A stretch of DNA of 64,000 nt from Lama glama. Taxonomy: Eukaryota. Numbering within the stretch: position 1 is the first letter of the stretch; each line of letters begins with the position of its first letter. The notes under the pieces are model-generated. The model worked only from the letters and a program-made list of their open reading frames with translations. It was not told the DNA's origin and made no database searches. Location of the stretch: NCBI GenBank assembly GCA_028534125.1, contig CM052849.1:310001-374000 (forward strand), read 5' to 3'. The translations under genes and the position numbers were made by a program. Positions 14,801-32,949 of the stretch are shown here, in pieces.

Positions 14801-17800
14801 AGGACACTGGTAGGGGTGGAGAGGGCGTCCCTGGGGGAGATGGGCTGGTCTAAGAGTGCCATCCCAGCCATGGCCCTGCCCTTGAGTGGCCTTGAAGGAG
14901 GCAGGCAGCCCAGGAACCTCGGGCTCTGGGTCCCTGCTCAGGCTGCCCACTGCTCCGCGTGCTTCCTCAAACAATCTCAGATTCCTCTGAAGCTTCCACG
15001 CCGGCGTATGCAGTGACTAATGGTGGAATTCCAGGCACCCAGGCACACAAGGCTCCTGGGGGCAGAGGCAACGCTGGCCAAGGGCAGTGTGGGGGGGGTC
15101 CAGGACTCTGTGCCAGCCCCTCCCTGGACACCCTGCCCTGCCCTGCCCTGCTCCACCGCCCCCAGCTGGGATGCCCGCACCCTCTGTGACCCAGGCGGGG
15201 CCCTCGGGGGTGAGGCCTGGGGGTGGGGCTCTGGAGCCTTCGAGGGCGGGGTCTCAAGAAGGACCTCCTCGGGGGCGGGACCTCGGGGCGGGGCGGGGCC
15301 TCCTCACCTGCTCGCCCGGCCCACAGAAGGGCGCCTTGGGACCCGTGGGAAAGGCGGGCCGGAACTTGTACATGGCGGGGGTCGGGGGGCTGGTCCTCTG
15401 CGCCGACAGGGCGCTCTCTGGGGGAGACGGACCACGGTCAAGCTGGGATCAGTCCGCGCCCCGCCCTCCGTTCGGCCGCCCCCACCTCACCAGCACTGCC
15501 CGGGCGTGGGGTCTGCAGGTCGCTGGCAAACGTGCCGGCCTCTGCCTTGGGGGGCAGCGGTGGCCCCAGGTCCAGCGGCTTCTCATCCAGCCGGTCCAGG
15601 CTGCCCTTGGACTGGGAGGGGGCGTGGTCAGTGGTGGATAGGGTGCAGGCCAGGGGTGGGGCTTAACCGGGACTCCTTCCTGGGGTGTGGACTCTCCCAC
15701 AGAATCCAACTTCGTCCAGGCCCCCTGACTTTGGGCTGCTTCCCACCCCCACAGTCTGACGCTCTCCCACCCCAGACCCCACCCCCGCCCCACCCCCGGT
15801 CCACCCTCCCCCCACCCCGGGCCCACCCCGGGCCCCACCTTGCTGCGGCCCAGGCCAGCCTTTAGCCCGTTGTCGCTCAGCTTGACCTTGAGAGGTGCCG
15901 CTCGCTCCAGGAGCTCCGGCCGAAGGAAAGGCGGCTTCAGGCGGGCGGCGAGCGGCAGGCGGGGCGGCTCTACCACATACCTGCACCAGCAGCAGAGCGG
16001 TCAGTTGATCAGGCTGAGGATCCATGGCTGACCCCCACCCCAGCAGAGGCCCCTCCACCCCCCCGGGCCTCACCGGGGTGCCAGGGGGCTGCACAGCACG
16101 TGCTCCACGTTCCCATAGCAGCCACGGGTGAAGGGGTTCACGCCCCCACGGAACTTCCCGGTCACCTGTGGACAGCGAACCCCTCAGCCAGCGTAGCCAC
16201 TCTGGGTCCAGGCCAAGGAGGGCATGGGGACAGGCCGGGCCAGCCCAGGGGTGCCCCCACCCAGGTCACCAGGGCCAGCCCCTGTGTGTGGCTATGGAAT
16301 TTCTGGGCTCTGATTCCCTAGTGACTACAGTGTCCACAGGTGGGAGTGAGCAGGATACAGGGCAGTCCAGACCCCACATCCCAAACCACCCCCAGGGGCT
16401 GCAGGGCCAGAGCTTCCCACCACAGCTGCCCAGGCCACACTGGCTCAGAGCCCCCATGGCCTTGCCCTGACCCACCCCCAGCCCCTGTGCATCCCTGCTC
16501 TTCCCTCAGGTCACCTGGGACCCTCTCATGCCCATCCCCACCCCCACCCTGCACAGCCCCACCAGGTCTGCACCTGCTCATTTGTGGTTCGACCCCGAGT
16601 GACCAGCACCACGTGGAAGCCGGTGAGGCCAATGACAGGGATGAAGAAGAGACCAGCCACACACATGACAGCCATGCTGGCCTGTTAAGGCCAACGGCCA
16701 GGGGTGAAGACACAGAGCAGGTGCCTGTGGACAAACCACCCACCCCTCCCCACCACCCATTCCGGGAGGAAGCCTGCTCCCCAGGGACTCTGAGCCTCGA
16801 GACCCCCGAGAGGTGTCCCCTCACGGCCCCGTGGTCAGGTCAAGGATACGTGATGGTGGTGTGTGCGGCACCGAGACCCTCCGCGTGGTGCAGCACGTAG
16901 ACCAGGCCGAAGGCAACCACGCCCACCATGTGTGCGCTGAGTGACAGCAGAAACAGGAAGAAGTAGCGGTAGTTGCGGCGGCCGATGCAGTTGTTGACCC
17001 AGGGGCAATGGTGGTCGAAGTCCTGGGCAGGAGCAGTGGGTCAGGGCGCACAGTGGGCAGGGAGGAGGGCTGGGGTGGGGGTGGGAGGGGTGGTCACCTC
17101 TACACAGTTGTCGCAGACGCTGCAGTGGGAGCAGCGCGGCGGGCGGTAGAAGTGGCAGGTGGCGCACCACTTCATACGGACCTGGATGCCCCGCACATCC
17201 ACGTTCTTGTACAGCGGGGCCCGGAAGTCGTCCTCCTTATCCTCGTCCTCGTCCGCTGTGGGCCAGGACGGGGTGGGGCGGCAGGAGAGTGACTTCCCTG
17301 GCAGAACCTCTCCCCAGCCAGCCCGCCCACTGGGGCCCTCTACTCCTACCCCCACCCCCGCCAGGCTCTCCCAAGTCAGCCACTCACACTCTAGCACAAG
17401 TGAGCTGCTGAGCTGCTCCGGCCCAGGGCCCTACCTCGGGGGAAGACGCCGGGGTCCATGAAGGTGGCCATGCTGAAGTTGGCCAGGACGAAGAGGAAGA
17501 GGATGCCATTGTAGACGGGAACAGCTGGGGACACGGCTCGTGTCAGCCACGGGCACCTGTGTCAGACAGCAGGGCAGAGCTGGGTCTGGGGTGTGGCGGG
17601 TGTGTGGGGAGGATTCTCAGGGCAGAGGAATTAGGTGTGGCCACACATGTGCAGGCAGAGCTTCAAGGCTACCACTGTGCTCAGAGTGGCAGTCAGGAGG
17701 CCACTGTTGCCACAGGCTGGCTGGGAGACCTCTAATCATCAGGGCTGTGCACAGGCTCCCTGTGTGCCAGCTCTGGTCCCAGCACCCCCAAGTACTTGTT

Positions 17801-20800
17801 AGGAACACAACTCCCAGATGAGGAAACTGAGGCTCAGAGAGGCCCACAGGCGGGGTCACACCATTTAGGAGGGGTGGCCAGAGCCTAGCCACAACCTCCC
17901 GCCCTGGCTGGCATCTTCCCTGGGTCCCCTGCCTGGAGGGGTACAGACTAGGGGTGGGAGCCCTGGGCAGGAAAGGAGGCTACTCTGCCCATGTGCTGTG
18001 AGGGATGGAAGCCAGTGACCCACCAGGCAGCTCAGGCCTGCTTTGGGCCCCACCCCGATCTGCCCCAGCTCAGCAGGGCCCCTTCTCCAGGGAGACTGTG
18101 CAGTGTGGTGTGGGGAGCCACAGTCAGAGGTCCGTAAGCACATGGGGCCTGCTCTTCCCTGAGGGGTGCTGTCTCAGGGTCTGGGCCTTGGGTGTATCCC
18201 CCCACCTGGGCGGCCCCTTCTTTTTAGTTTGTCTCCACATGGCAGGGCAGAATATCTGGAAACTGAAAGCATGGCACCCCTACCCCTTTGCCATCTCCCA
18301 CCACTTGGCTCCAAGCTGCCCCCTGTTCCAGGAAGCCTTCCCAGCCTTCCCTTTGGCTCCCTGAAAAGGTCTTGCACACCTTCCTGCTGGATGCTCTGGC
18401 AGAGGGAGTGTCTTCCTCAGCCCTGGCAGGACCTGGCCAGAGTCCCCCCATGGAGACCCACCAGGTCTGGCACATGGCCTGGGGCTCCTGCCCCGACTCT
18501 GCAGTGGGTCCCTGAGTCAGCCCACCTGGGTGCCACGAAGTCTCTCTGGCCTCAGTTCCTCATCTCCCATGGCCGTGTGACAAGCAGGGGCACCCTCCCC
18601 ACACTCAGGCCCTCCGTGGAGGTGGGGGGCCAGTGGGGATCCCCACAGCAGCCTCGACCACAAGAATGGGGCATTGCAGCCACCAGCAGGGTGAGTGGTG
18701 CCCGTGGCCCTGCCCACCGCCCAGCACACGCTGGCCACACTGGCGCACCCACGCCTGCCTTGGCCAGGAGCCAGCCCCGCCGCCCCAGCAACCACCCCCA
18801 TGGCAGCAGAACTTCTCTATTTTTAGTGGAAACGAGAGGCTATTTAAAGATTCCGCTTCCCACGGCAGTGTTCTCGCAGGCTGGGAGCCGTGATTACCCC
18901 TTCCTCTGCTCCAGGACCCGTCATGAGGTGGATGCACAGCCTGAGGACACAGGTTCCCTCTGCCAGGAGGGCCTTCCTCCGCCACCCCTTGCCCAGGTGG
19001 CCCGGAGCAGACACCTTCCACATCCCCCATCCCTGCATGCTGGAGCCTGGCATACAGACAGCGCTCTATGCGCGTTTGGGGCCTCTGATCCAATGCCATT
19101 TGGCAGGATGACTGTGGGTCCCTGAGGCACAGTCTACCTAAGAATAGGGAGGAGACACAGGCCCAGGTGCTAGTGGGGACAGGTGAGAGAGCCAGGTATG
19201 CCCAGAACTGGGGAGAGATGCGGCACCACAGACCTCACCCACTGGTGCAGGCCAGCTCCCCACACGCCTTCTGGAGAGGGCTGGCCACATGGTCTGTGCA
19301 AAAGTAAAATGTGGCTCTCAGGCACCTACACTGTCACATGCGGTGGAGCCAGCCTGCTCCCGGAGAGGAAGGGGCTGAGGGGACCCAGGGTGCCGGGCGG
19401 CCGAGAGTGGACAGATGTGCTGAAACCAGGTGCATCCCTATTTCACAGACAGGGAGCAGGTGTCTGAGGGCTTGTCACCCAGGGTCTTGGGGGTAAGTCT
19501 ACATCTGAGCTGTGGTTCAACCGTCATGCAGGCAGGCAGGGACTGAACCCCAGCCCCACGCTGACCAGAGCTCCCATCAGGCCTGGCGGTCCACAGTGCA
19601 TTGTCCTTCCCGAGCCTCGATGACTCCCCAGACTGCATGAGATGGACAGCAGCCCTGAGTGACATGCTTGGGGTGAGGGATGGGCAAAGGGGCAACGCTT
19701 ACAGTGAGGCGCTGGGTGGCCTCCGTCCTGGTGGGCACCAGCTACCCGCTGCGTGCTGGGGCAGCATGTACCTGGGGAGCGCAGGGTGGGCTTAGCCAAT
19801 GTTGGGCAGGCTTGGAGGGGGCTTGGGTTCTCTGACTGGGACATGAGCCCCTGCCCCCTTCACTCACCACCTCCAGTCTCCTAGGCTTGGCTCAGACCCA
19901 GGATCAGGCACTTTCACGCGTCCTATCCCCGCTCTTCCCACCACCCGACCCCACTGCTGGGCCATAAGGGGGACCAGGCCTGCACTGTGCCCTACCAGTG
20001 ACTGGCTCACCAGCCAACGCCACCCAGGCCCAGAAATGGCAAGTAGAGGAGAAATGAACGAGCACACATGGGCACATGGTCACACACATATCCACATGAA
20101 AGTGCAGGGCCCCAGGCAAGCACATGTGTGCAGTGCACCAGCACGCACACACGATGCTCCAGGCACACGTGTGTGGGTACATGTTCACCTACTGCACAAG
20201 CGTGCATACACATGACCACACACGTACACACGATCACACAGACAGCACATGTGTGCCGATGTGTCAACATGTAAGACACGTGTGAGAACACTGTGTGTAC
20301 AGATACCCACACGCAGGCAAAAGTGGCATGCCTGCACCCTCATTCACACACACACAGATGCAGACACGCCCTCCGCCCACAGACCCCCACGCCCCGACCT
20401 CTCTGGACTTCCCTCTGCTCTCTGGACCCGGTGGGCGTGAGGCTGTGCGTGAACACACAAGCTGTGTGGACAAGCCTGGCAGGCAACGCTGCCCAGCCCA
20501 CCTCTCTAACCACAGGGATGACACTCCACGTCCCCCAGGCAACCGTGTGCCCCAGGCTCACCCTGCCAGGCAGGGGTCGTACATTATCTGCTGGCTGCGG
20601 CCACACTGTGGGCCCAGGGCAGGCCTGGGAGCGGCCCAGCTCCAAGGCTCCAAGCCCTTCCCCCGGCCAGCCCCCACCCCCAAGCATCAGGGCCACACGC
20701 CTGTGCTGTGGCCCCACCTGGGCTGAGGCTCCAAGTCGGGGGGAGGTGGGGTTCTGCAGGGCAGCACGCGACCGAGGCTAAATGCGCAATGGAAAATTTT

Positions 20801-23800
20801 AACTCAGACGTTTTCATTTAAATCAGGTCCTTCATTAAGGCTGGTTAGTGAAGCTCACACATGGGGCACACAGGATTAGAGGGTCTTCAGCCACTTTGCC
20901 CTGGTCCGGCCAGGCAGGGCCTCTGGCCACATGTACCCACCAGCCGATCCCTACAGACACATGAGCAGGTAAGGAAACAAGCTCAGGGGGCCAGGGGCAC
21001 CAGGCCACGTGAAGCAAGTTCCACTCCTGTCTGGTCCCTGCCAGTAGCCCCGTCTACCTGGCCCTGTGCTGGACCCCTCACCGTCCCAGGCTGTGCCTTG
21101 CGGCCCGACTGGGCCTCCAAGTGTGGGGAGAGTTCAGGCCCATCCTGGGGACCCACAGTGACAACCCAGAGGTCAGCCCACTGTCCCTGGAGAGAGACAA
21201 GGCAGCCCAGTGCGGCCGCGGGTGTTGGTATCCTGCCAAGCAGCCCTGGTTCTCTGAAGTTCACAGGGTCCCCGCTGTTCTGCAGAGTGGATCCAGGAAG
21301 AGAAAGGGCAGGGGCAGAGACCTGGCCTGGGGGTTCTCATCCCTCCCAGCACCTGACCCAGCATGGCACTGAGTGAGTGTGAAGGCTTTATGGGGTCCAA
21401 GGAGACAGGACCACACCAAGAACCCAGGAAGGCTTCCTGGAGGAGGAGGGCCACTGGGAACCTGGCCTGTGGCATGCTGCCCATCCTCAGAGGTGACACC
21501 CCCACCTCCAGGCATCCTTTCTGCACCCCAGCCTCTCCTGGTGACACATCTGAATGTCCTGCTGGTCCTGACCCCTCAGCGAGCTGGCCCGAGGGAGGGG
21601 TCCTTTGCCCTCTAGGCTTGGGCTCCCCACCCTGAAGGAGCTGCTGCCTGTGTGGACCTGCCCCGAAGGGGGCTACTCATGTTTATTGAGTGTAGAGAGG
21701 GGGCCAGGGGCCACTTGGAGTCCGGCGAAGTTCCGGGGAGCAGAGAAGAAGCCCTGAGGGGCCCGTAGGGCAGGGCAGGGCAGGCCGTGAGCCTGCGCCC
21801 AGAACCAGGGCAGAGGTGTGGGTGCCAGCCAGGGTAACAAGAGGCCTGTCCCAGGAAGGGACTGCCTGGCCCTGCTTGCCCAGAATCACCTGCAGTGGTG
21901 GCGTCAATGGGCCTAGGCTGCCTGGCAGAGCCCCTGCTCAGAAACCCAGCTTCCTCAGACGAGGCAGCACAGCCGGGCTGCGGGCAGGCCTGGGTCCCCG
22001 GTGGCCATGTGGCCACAAAGTATGGTCTTAGGGTGCAGGGAGCCTGGCCCCAGGGCGCGAGCAAGGGTCCCTTGGCTGGATGACTGCTGCACTGGCACTC
22101 CCATCTTCCAAATGAACACACAGCACCTTCTCTCAGGCAAGACGCAGGGAACACCTGTGCTGGCCTGAGGGAAAACTGCACCTCTCAGCATCGGTGTCAC
22201 TGGGCTCAGAGCTCCAGGGTGAGGACAGAGGGCAGAAGGACCCTCAGGAATCACAGGAAGGCTCACAGCAAGTACCCTTCAGGGGGCCCGGGTGTGCTTA
22301 GGAGAGGAGGTGGGCAGGCTCTCTGGGGTGGGGTTGATTTCAATTTCCTTTTAAACTTTTTCCCTGCATTTCACAAGTTCTCAATAGAGAACATGTATTA
22401 CTTTTAAAGTCAGGGGGACAAACACTAAAATGCACTTGGGAAGTCAGAAACCAGGACCAGCAAGTCGAGGCCAGGCTGCCCGGAAGCAGTGCCAAGACTC
22501 CCCGAGACCCCTGCTTAGGCCCCGGGGCCAGGGTCGGCCCCTCCAGAAGCCCCAGTGGGACATGTGTCCTCTCGCTGTCCTGCCTGAGCTGCCCACAGCC
22601 CCACAGCCGGCAGCACATGAGTGGAAGAACACGTCTGCTCACGGAAGCCAGAAATAGGCCCGTCCACACAGGCCTTTTTTAAACACACTCTTGGCAGCCT
22701 GTGGTGCCCACCCAGCCCAGCCTCCAGGTAGGGGCTTGCCTGTCCCCCTGGGCACCCAGTGTGGCCCCGCCACCTTCCACCCGCGCCCTCGCTGAGGCCC
22801 ACGCCTGCCCACCCCTGCCCCGGCTCCCGCAGGCTGAGGGGTTGACCTGCCTCAGAACAAACGCCCCACTGGCTACAGGCCCCCAGGAGGGCCAGAGTGG
22901 TTGTTGCTCTGGTCACCAGGCTGTGTCCCAACCTGGACTGTGGACGGGGGTGGTGGCAGATCTGTGTGACCGAAGCCTAGGCCCCTGACCCCTCCCTGAG
23001 CCCTAGGAGCCTGGGGCAGGGGGGCATGACCACACAGAGGGAGCTATGTCGTCAGCACCTGCTCTGGGCTGAAAGCCAGCCTGAGCCGCAGGTAAAGCAG
23101 CTAAGGCTGCCCGGCCGAGACCACCTGCCCTCGACCTCAAGTGTCCAGCACCCACCACAGCCGGTGTCCCTGGTGTGGCCTCACCTGGCCCCTCCAGCTG
23201 TGACCACTGAGCCTTCCTGAGAAGGAGGTCAAGGAAAAGCAGAGGGCACTGCCCGGCCGGCGTCGGCGGTGACTGTGGGGCAGGCACGTGGCAGGCGGGC
23301 CAGGCCACACCTACGCGGGAACAACTTGACTCTGGCCTGGGGCCGGGCAGCCGGGAGGGCACCCAAGAGCCACCCACCTTCATCACAAGGAGGGCTGGTG
23401 GCAGTGGCTCTGGGCAGCCTGTGGGGAGGGCAGGGCCGCAGCCACACCCTGGGCAGCCCCTGCACACACTCCCCTGCCTGGCCTGGCATCTCACACCCAG
23501 GGCCGGCCTGGCACACGCATGAGGTATCTGCTGGACACCAGTGTCCTCACTCCCAGGACTCACCTGTCCCTGGCACCCCAGGATGGGCACGTGGCGACGT
23601 CAGCCTCGGCTTAGGGTGGGGGCTCTTATCGCCGCAGCCCTGGTGCCCACAACCCCTCCCAGCCTGCCAGCCCTGGCCGGTTCCTGCCAGGCTGTGTCCA
23701 CCGCTGGACACAGCCCTGCCCCTTCTGGCCCCAGAGATGCGTCCAACTCACGTGAACACGAAGAACAGGGTGCTGGAGCCAACCAGCAGCGCAGCCGCCG

Positions 23801-23855
23801 TGGCCACCGGGATGTACTTGGCGGGTTTGAGGCGCGTCCCGGGGCTGCGGGGCAT
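11858..23855 (-). CDS. ZDHHC8: Palmitoyltransferase ZDHHC8, 11 exons, 765 aa, ending in PDZ ligand EISV
   Basis: Exons in transcript order: 23752-23855, 17435-17556, 17098-17255, 16850-17022, 16574-16676, 16074-16165, 15839-15980, 15491-15611, 15308-15417, 13136-14136, 11858-12029 (2298 nt). N-terminus [24 protein letters not shown]; [32 protein letters not shown]|[12 protein letters not shown]; C-terminus [15 protein letters not shown]. Confidence 0.97.
16677..16849 (-). other. ZDHHC8: U12-type (minor spliceosome) GT-AG intron, ZDHHC8 intron 4
   Basis: Donor reads GTATCCTTG (U12 consensus RTATCCTT). Branch site GCCTTAAC lies 7 nt before the end of the intron (…ccttaac aggccag|), with no polypyrimidine tract. 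Confidence 0.9.
17790..17895 (-). mobile_element. MIR SINE core fragment
   Basis: cagatgaggaaactgaggctcagagagg...ggtcacac. Confidence 0.75.
20060..20370. repeat. Degenerate CA/TG (CACATG-like) low-complexity tract in ZDHHC8 intron 1
   Basis: Repeated cacacatg, acacgtgtgt, cacacacacaca. Confidence 0.75.
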
Positions 23856-24130
23856 CCTGGGCGCCGCGCCGCCGCATCCCTCCCCGGGGCCGGGCGGGCG
23901 GGGCCGACTGGACAGGCAGGACCGGGCGGCAGCAGCGGCAGCGGAGGAAATCCCACCCCACGGGCGGTGGCGGCGACGGCGTGCTGATGTCAGTGCGCCC
24001 CTTAAGGTGGACCGGCAGTAGGGACCGTGGGGCCAGGCGGGGGCCCCTCGCGACTGCCGCCCATCCCGCCCCGCCGTCCCCAGTGCTCAGGGCGGAGCTG
24101 GCCCAGGACCCCCGCCGGGGCAGGGCCTCA
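23560..24130 (-). promoter_or_regulatory. CpG island / promoter and first exon of ZDHHC8
   Basis: Dense CpG and GC boxes around the ATG at 23855. Confidence 0.8.
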
Positions 24131-26600
24131 CCTCGCAGCCCCAGCTAGCCAAGTGCCAGGACCCTCTGAAGCCACGCAGCCACCGCACACCTGAGGCCTT
24201 GCCCCTTGGGTGGACACAGGGTGAACACCAGGCCCCGTCCCCAGTCCGCAGATCCTGACACTGTGGCACGCAGGTCCCCTTCTGGGCCCTGCTTGCATAG
24301 AACTTTCCCTAAACACCTCAGAGTGTGTCCCTGGGGACAGGCTGACACCCTCACCTGGGAGCTCTTTGAGCCCCCTGGCACAGTGACACTGCAGGGCACC
24401 TTGGTTGTTTACCCCCTGCCCACTGGGCACTCAGCTGGACCAAGAGGCCAGCAGGCAACGTAAGGAGGGTGGGGGCCCAGGCTGCAGGCTTAGGAGGGTG
24501 AGGGTGGGAGCCTCAGCCTCCCAGGACAGGCTGGAGAGCCCTTCGGGAAGCACCAGGCACCCTGCCTCTGCCTGGGATAGGCCCGCGGGCAGGCCCACCT
24601 CCTGCAGGAAATCCCACCCACCAGCGCCACCACTGCTGTCGCTTAAGGTGGACCAGTGAGCTGCCTCGCAGTGCTGGGCAGACGACGGGCAGCCTGTTGG
24701 CCTCTATGCAGCAGTCGAGCCTCTGGGAGGTTGGGACCTGGGCATGTCGCAGCCTCCACAGTGAGGACACGCCCCCAGGGCCCTCCGCTCTGAAACCAAG
24801 ACCCACCAGGGCATCCACCTGGGGCCCTCACCCTCCCTGGCCCTGGGGCTCCTTGGCCTGGAGGCCCCTCTTTGCCTGGACTTGGGCCTCTGAAGCCCCA
24901 GCCCAGCAGGCAGGGCCACGAGCTGTTAGAAACAGTGGCGGGCTCCCACTCCAGGAGGCCCAGGGCTGAGGTGAGCAGGGAGCAGACTCCACCTGGAGCA
25001 GACACCTCCCACTCTGCCTCAGCCCCTGGGGGCCTTGGGGTATGACACATTGCAGCCCCACCCCAGGCCTGGCCCTTGCAGTCCCTGCCTACTGGGCAGA
25101 AGGATCTCAGGTGGTGAGGAACAAGCGTGGCCATGGCCCAGGCGTCCTCTCCCAAGCACGGCAGAAAGCTTGCCCAAGCTACAGGCCAGAGGACTGACCT
25201 GGAATGGAATAGCCATTCCCCCCACCATACCCATACCATCGCCCATGTCACCAGACGTCTGCCTGAACACATGTTGGCTGGGGGATCAGAGGGTCCCACG
25301 GTGTCCCCGTTCATCCTGGTTATCACCTTTTCATGCATCCTGGTCACAGCACGGCTGTCTCTTAGCCATCCTGAGGGACCATCCCCACCCAGGGTTTCCC
25401 CCTTGGACACATGTCCTCACCCAAGAGAAGGGATCAGGTTCACTTCCCTTCTTCTTATAGCAGGTGGGATCTCGCTAGTATTTGAGCCCAAAGCAGGCAG
25501 ACATTCAACATCCTTTCTGTGTCTGCAGAGGTGTCTGACTGCCCTTCCCTGGAGGACCAGACCCTGGACCAGCCTCTCCCATTGATGCACCACGATGGGG
25601 TCCAACTCTAGCTCCTAGGGATGGGGAGCTGGGAAAACTTCAGCGTCCCTCCCTGGGTGGGAAGGACCACCACAGGCACCCAAAAGTGAGGGAGGGAGGC
25701 CTGGGGCTGCCAGGGCAGGGGCAAGTGAGGCCTGCAGTTTGGCTTTTAAAACAAGGGTGGTTTCCTATGGGGTGAGTCCGCCAGAGACCAAGAATGGGAG
25801 GTTTGAACTGGATGTGGCCGCAGGGAGGACAGGACAGGCCGGCCACAACGCACAGCCTCTGAGAGGTGCAATGGCAAAGCCACCAGGGAGGAACGGCCAC
25901 TCCAGGGTCAGGTCCTGGCATGCTCTCCAACCCGTGGGGGCTCCTCCCAGCCTGGGATGTTCCCCCAGACATAGGCCGCCACAGGGATGACTGTGCATTT
26001 GGAGCCCACAGCACACTAAAAACCTCCTGTTAGGATGACCCACTTTACAAGGCAAACCTGAATGGCACTAACCCACTTGCATTCTCGAAAACATTCCTTA
26101 CTGAGAGCTACCACAGGTGTCCACAATTCCAGGGGGTGGGCCAGGAGCGAGAAGACAGGTGTCCGAAGACAGCAGCGGGGTATCCGAAGAAGTCTGTGGA
26201 GCCCAGTGACAGGCCAGGTGTGTATGCTGTGGGATTGGCTTTTCCCTCCACGGGGACTGAGGGCTGACCAAAGACAGCCTGGCTGGAGCCTGGAGACCCA
26301 CGTGGCCTCCCCGTGCCACAGCCAAGGTGATCTGGTGGGCTTCCCTTCTACCCCTCGGCCAGGAAAAAGCCTCCCGGCTCCTGGCCACAGGTAAGGGCCA
26401 GGCTGTTTACGCCTCCAGAGGACAGCACCGGCCTCCCAGGCCCACCTACCCCCCAGCACCGGCTCAGACACCGCGGCCCATGGCCGACAGCAGCCTGGAG
26501 GCCATGGTAGAGCGAGCGACAGCAGAGCCAGCAGGAACCCACAGTCCCGGGACGGGGCCGGCGCACACACGCTCCTGCCTCCACGCAGGTTTCAAATGTG

Positions 26601-26606
26601 TTTATT
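26601..26606 (-). terminator. RANBP1 poly(A) signal AATAAA
   Basis: Plus-strand tttatt about 275 nt downstream of the RANBP1 stop, after a U-rich 3' UTR. Confidence 0.75.
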
Positions 26607-26880
26607 CACTACTTTTGATGACTATAAATAAGTGTTTCCACCATGGAAAAGAAAGTCAGCGCAGCACGTTCTCATGACCAGGGAATGAACTTTCTGAAGT
26701 CCTCAATAGGGCAAAAACTTAGGAAAAAAACAACCTGAATGTTGGAAGTCAGTTCTTTATATAAAGTCCCTTGTAAAAAACAAAACAGAATAAAAACGAA
26801 CTGAAAAGAAGGGGTAGGGAAAAATTAAAAAAAGAAAGAGGGAAGAGATGTGGAGAAAGGAAACACAGAGCTCCTTGGAC

Positions 26881-32282
<5,402 letters not shown>

Positions 32283-32949
32283 GAGCGCGGCGGCGGCGGC
32301 TCGGCTGGCTCGGTCGTCGCTGGCTCCGCGGCCTCTCGGCGGCTGGTCGCAGCTCCTTCCTCCGCGTCTGGCGCCGGCACCTCCCGCCCGCCCGCTCGCT
32401 CGCTCGCTCGCTCTTCCCTCCGCCCCGCGACCCGAACCCCGACCCCTGACCCCGGCGGCGGGAAACACGACGCGATTCAAAACCAGCGCAGCTTTATTGG
32501 CTCAGGAGGCGGACACTCTCATTGTCCAGCCCGCCCCGCGCTTCCCGCCAAAACGCCCGCGGCGCATGCCCGGCCCGCCTGGTAGTCGGGGGAGCGCGCA
32601 CTCCCGGCGGCCTTCGCGCGCACTTCCGCTCCTCGGCCGCGCGCGCCCCTCGAGCTTGAGGACCGAGCTAGGGGTCGGAGCGGCGCGTGACGATTACGTC
32701 GCCGGAAGCCGGGACGATAGAGACGCGCCGCCTGGGCTGCGCACGCCGGCCGACAGGAGAGCTGCCGTCGAGGCGATCCGCGGGCGCGGGCCCCTGGCGG
32801 GCGGGCGGCGCAGCCCAAGCCCGTGACCCCGCCTTAAACACCAAGGGTTCGAGTCCCGCCCCCGCAGTGCCAGAGGCCCTGCGGCCTCCCCGCTCTCCGC
32901 GCGTCCCCTGTGTGCCAGGCCCTGGACGAGGTGACGGACGGACCGGACG

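Noticed and set aside
32785-32870. Full tRNA gene or tRNA-derived SINE around the B box
   Set aside because: No convincing A box, D arm, anticodon arm, acceptor stem or oligo-T terminator; only the T-loop is reported.
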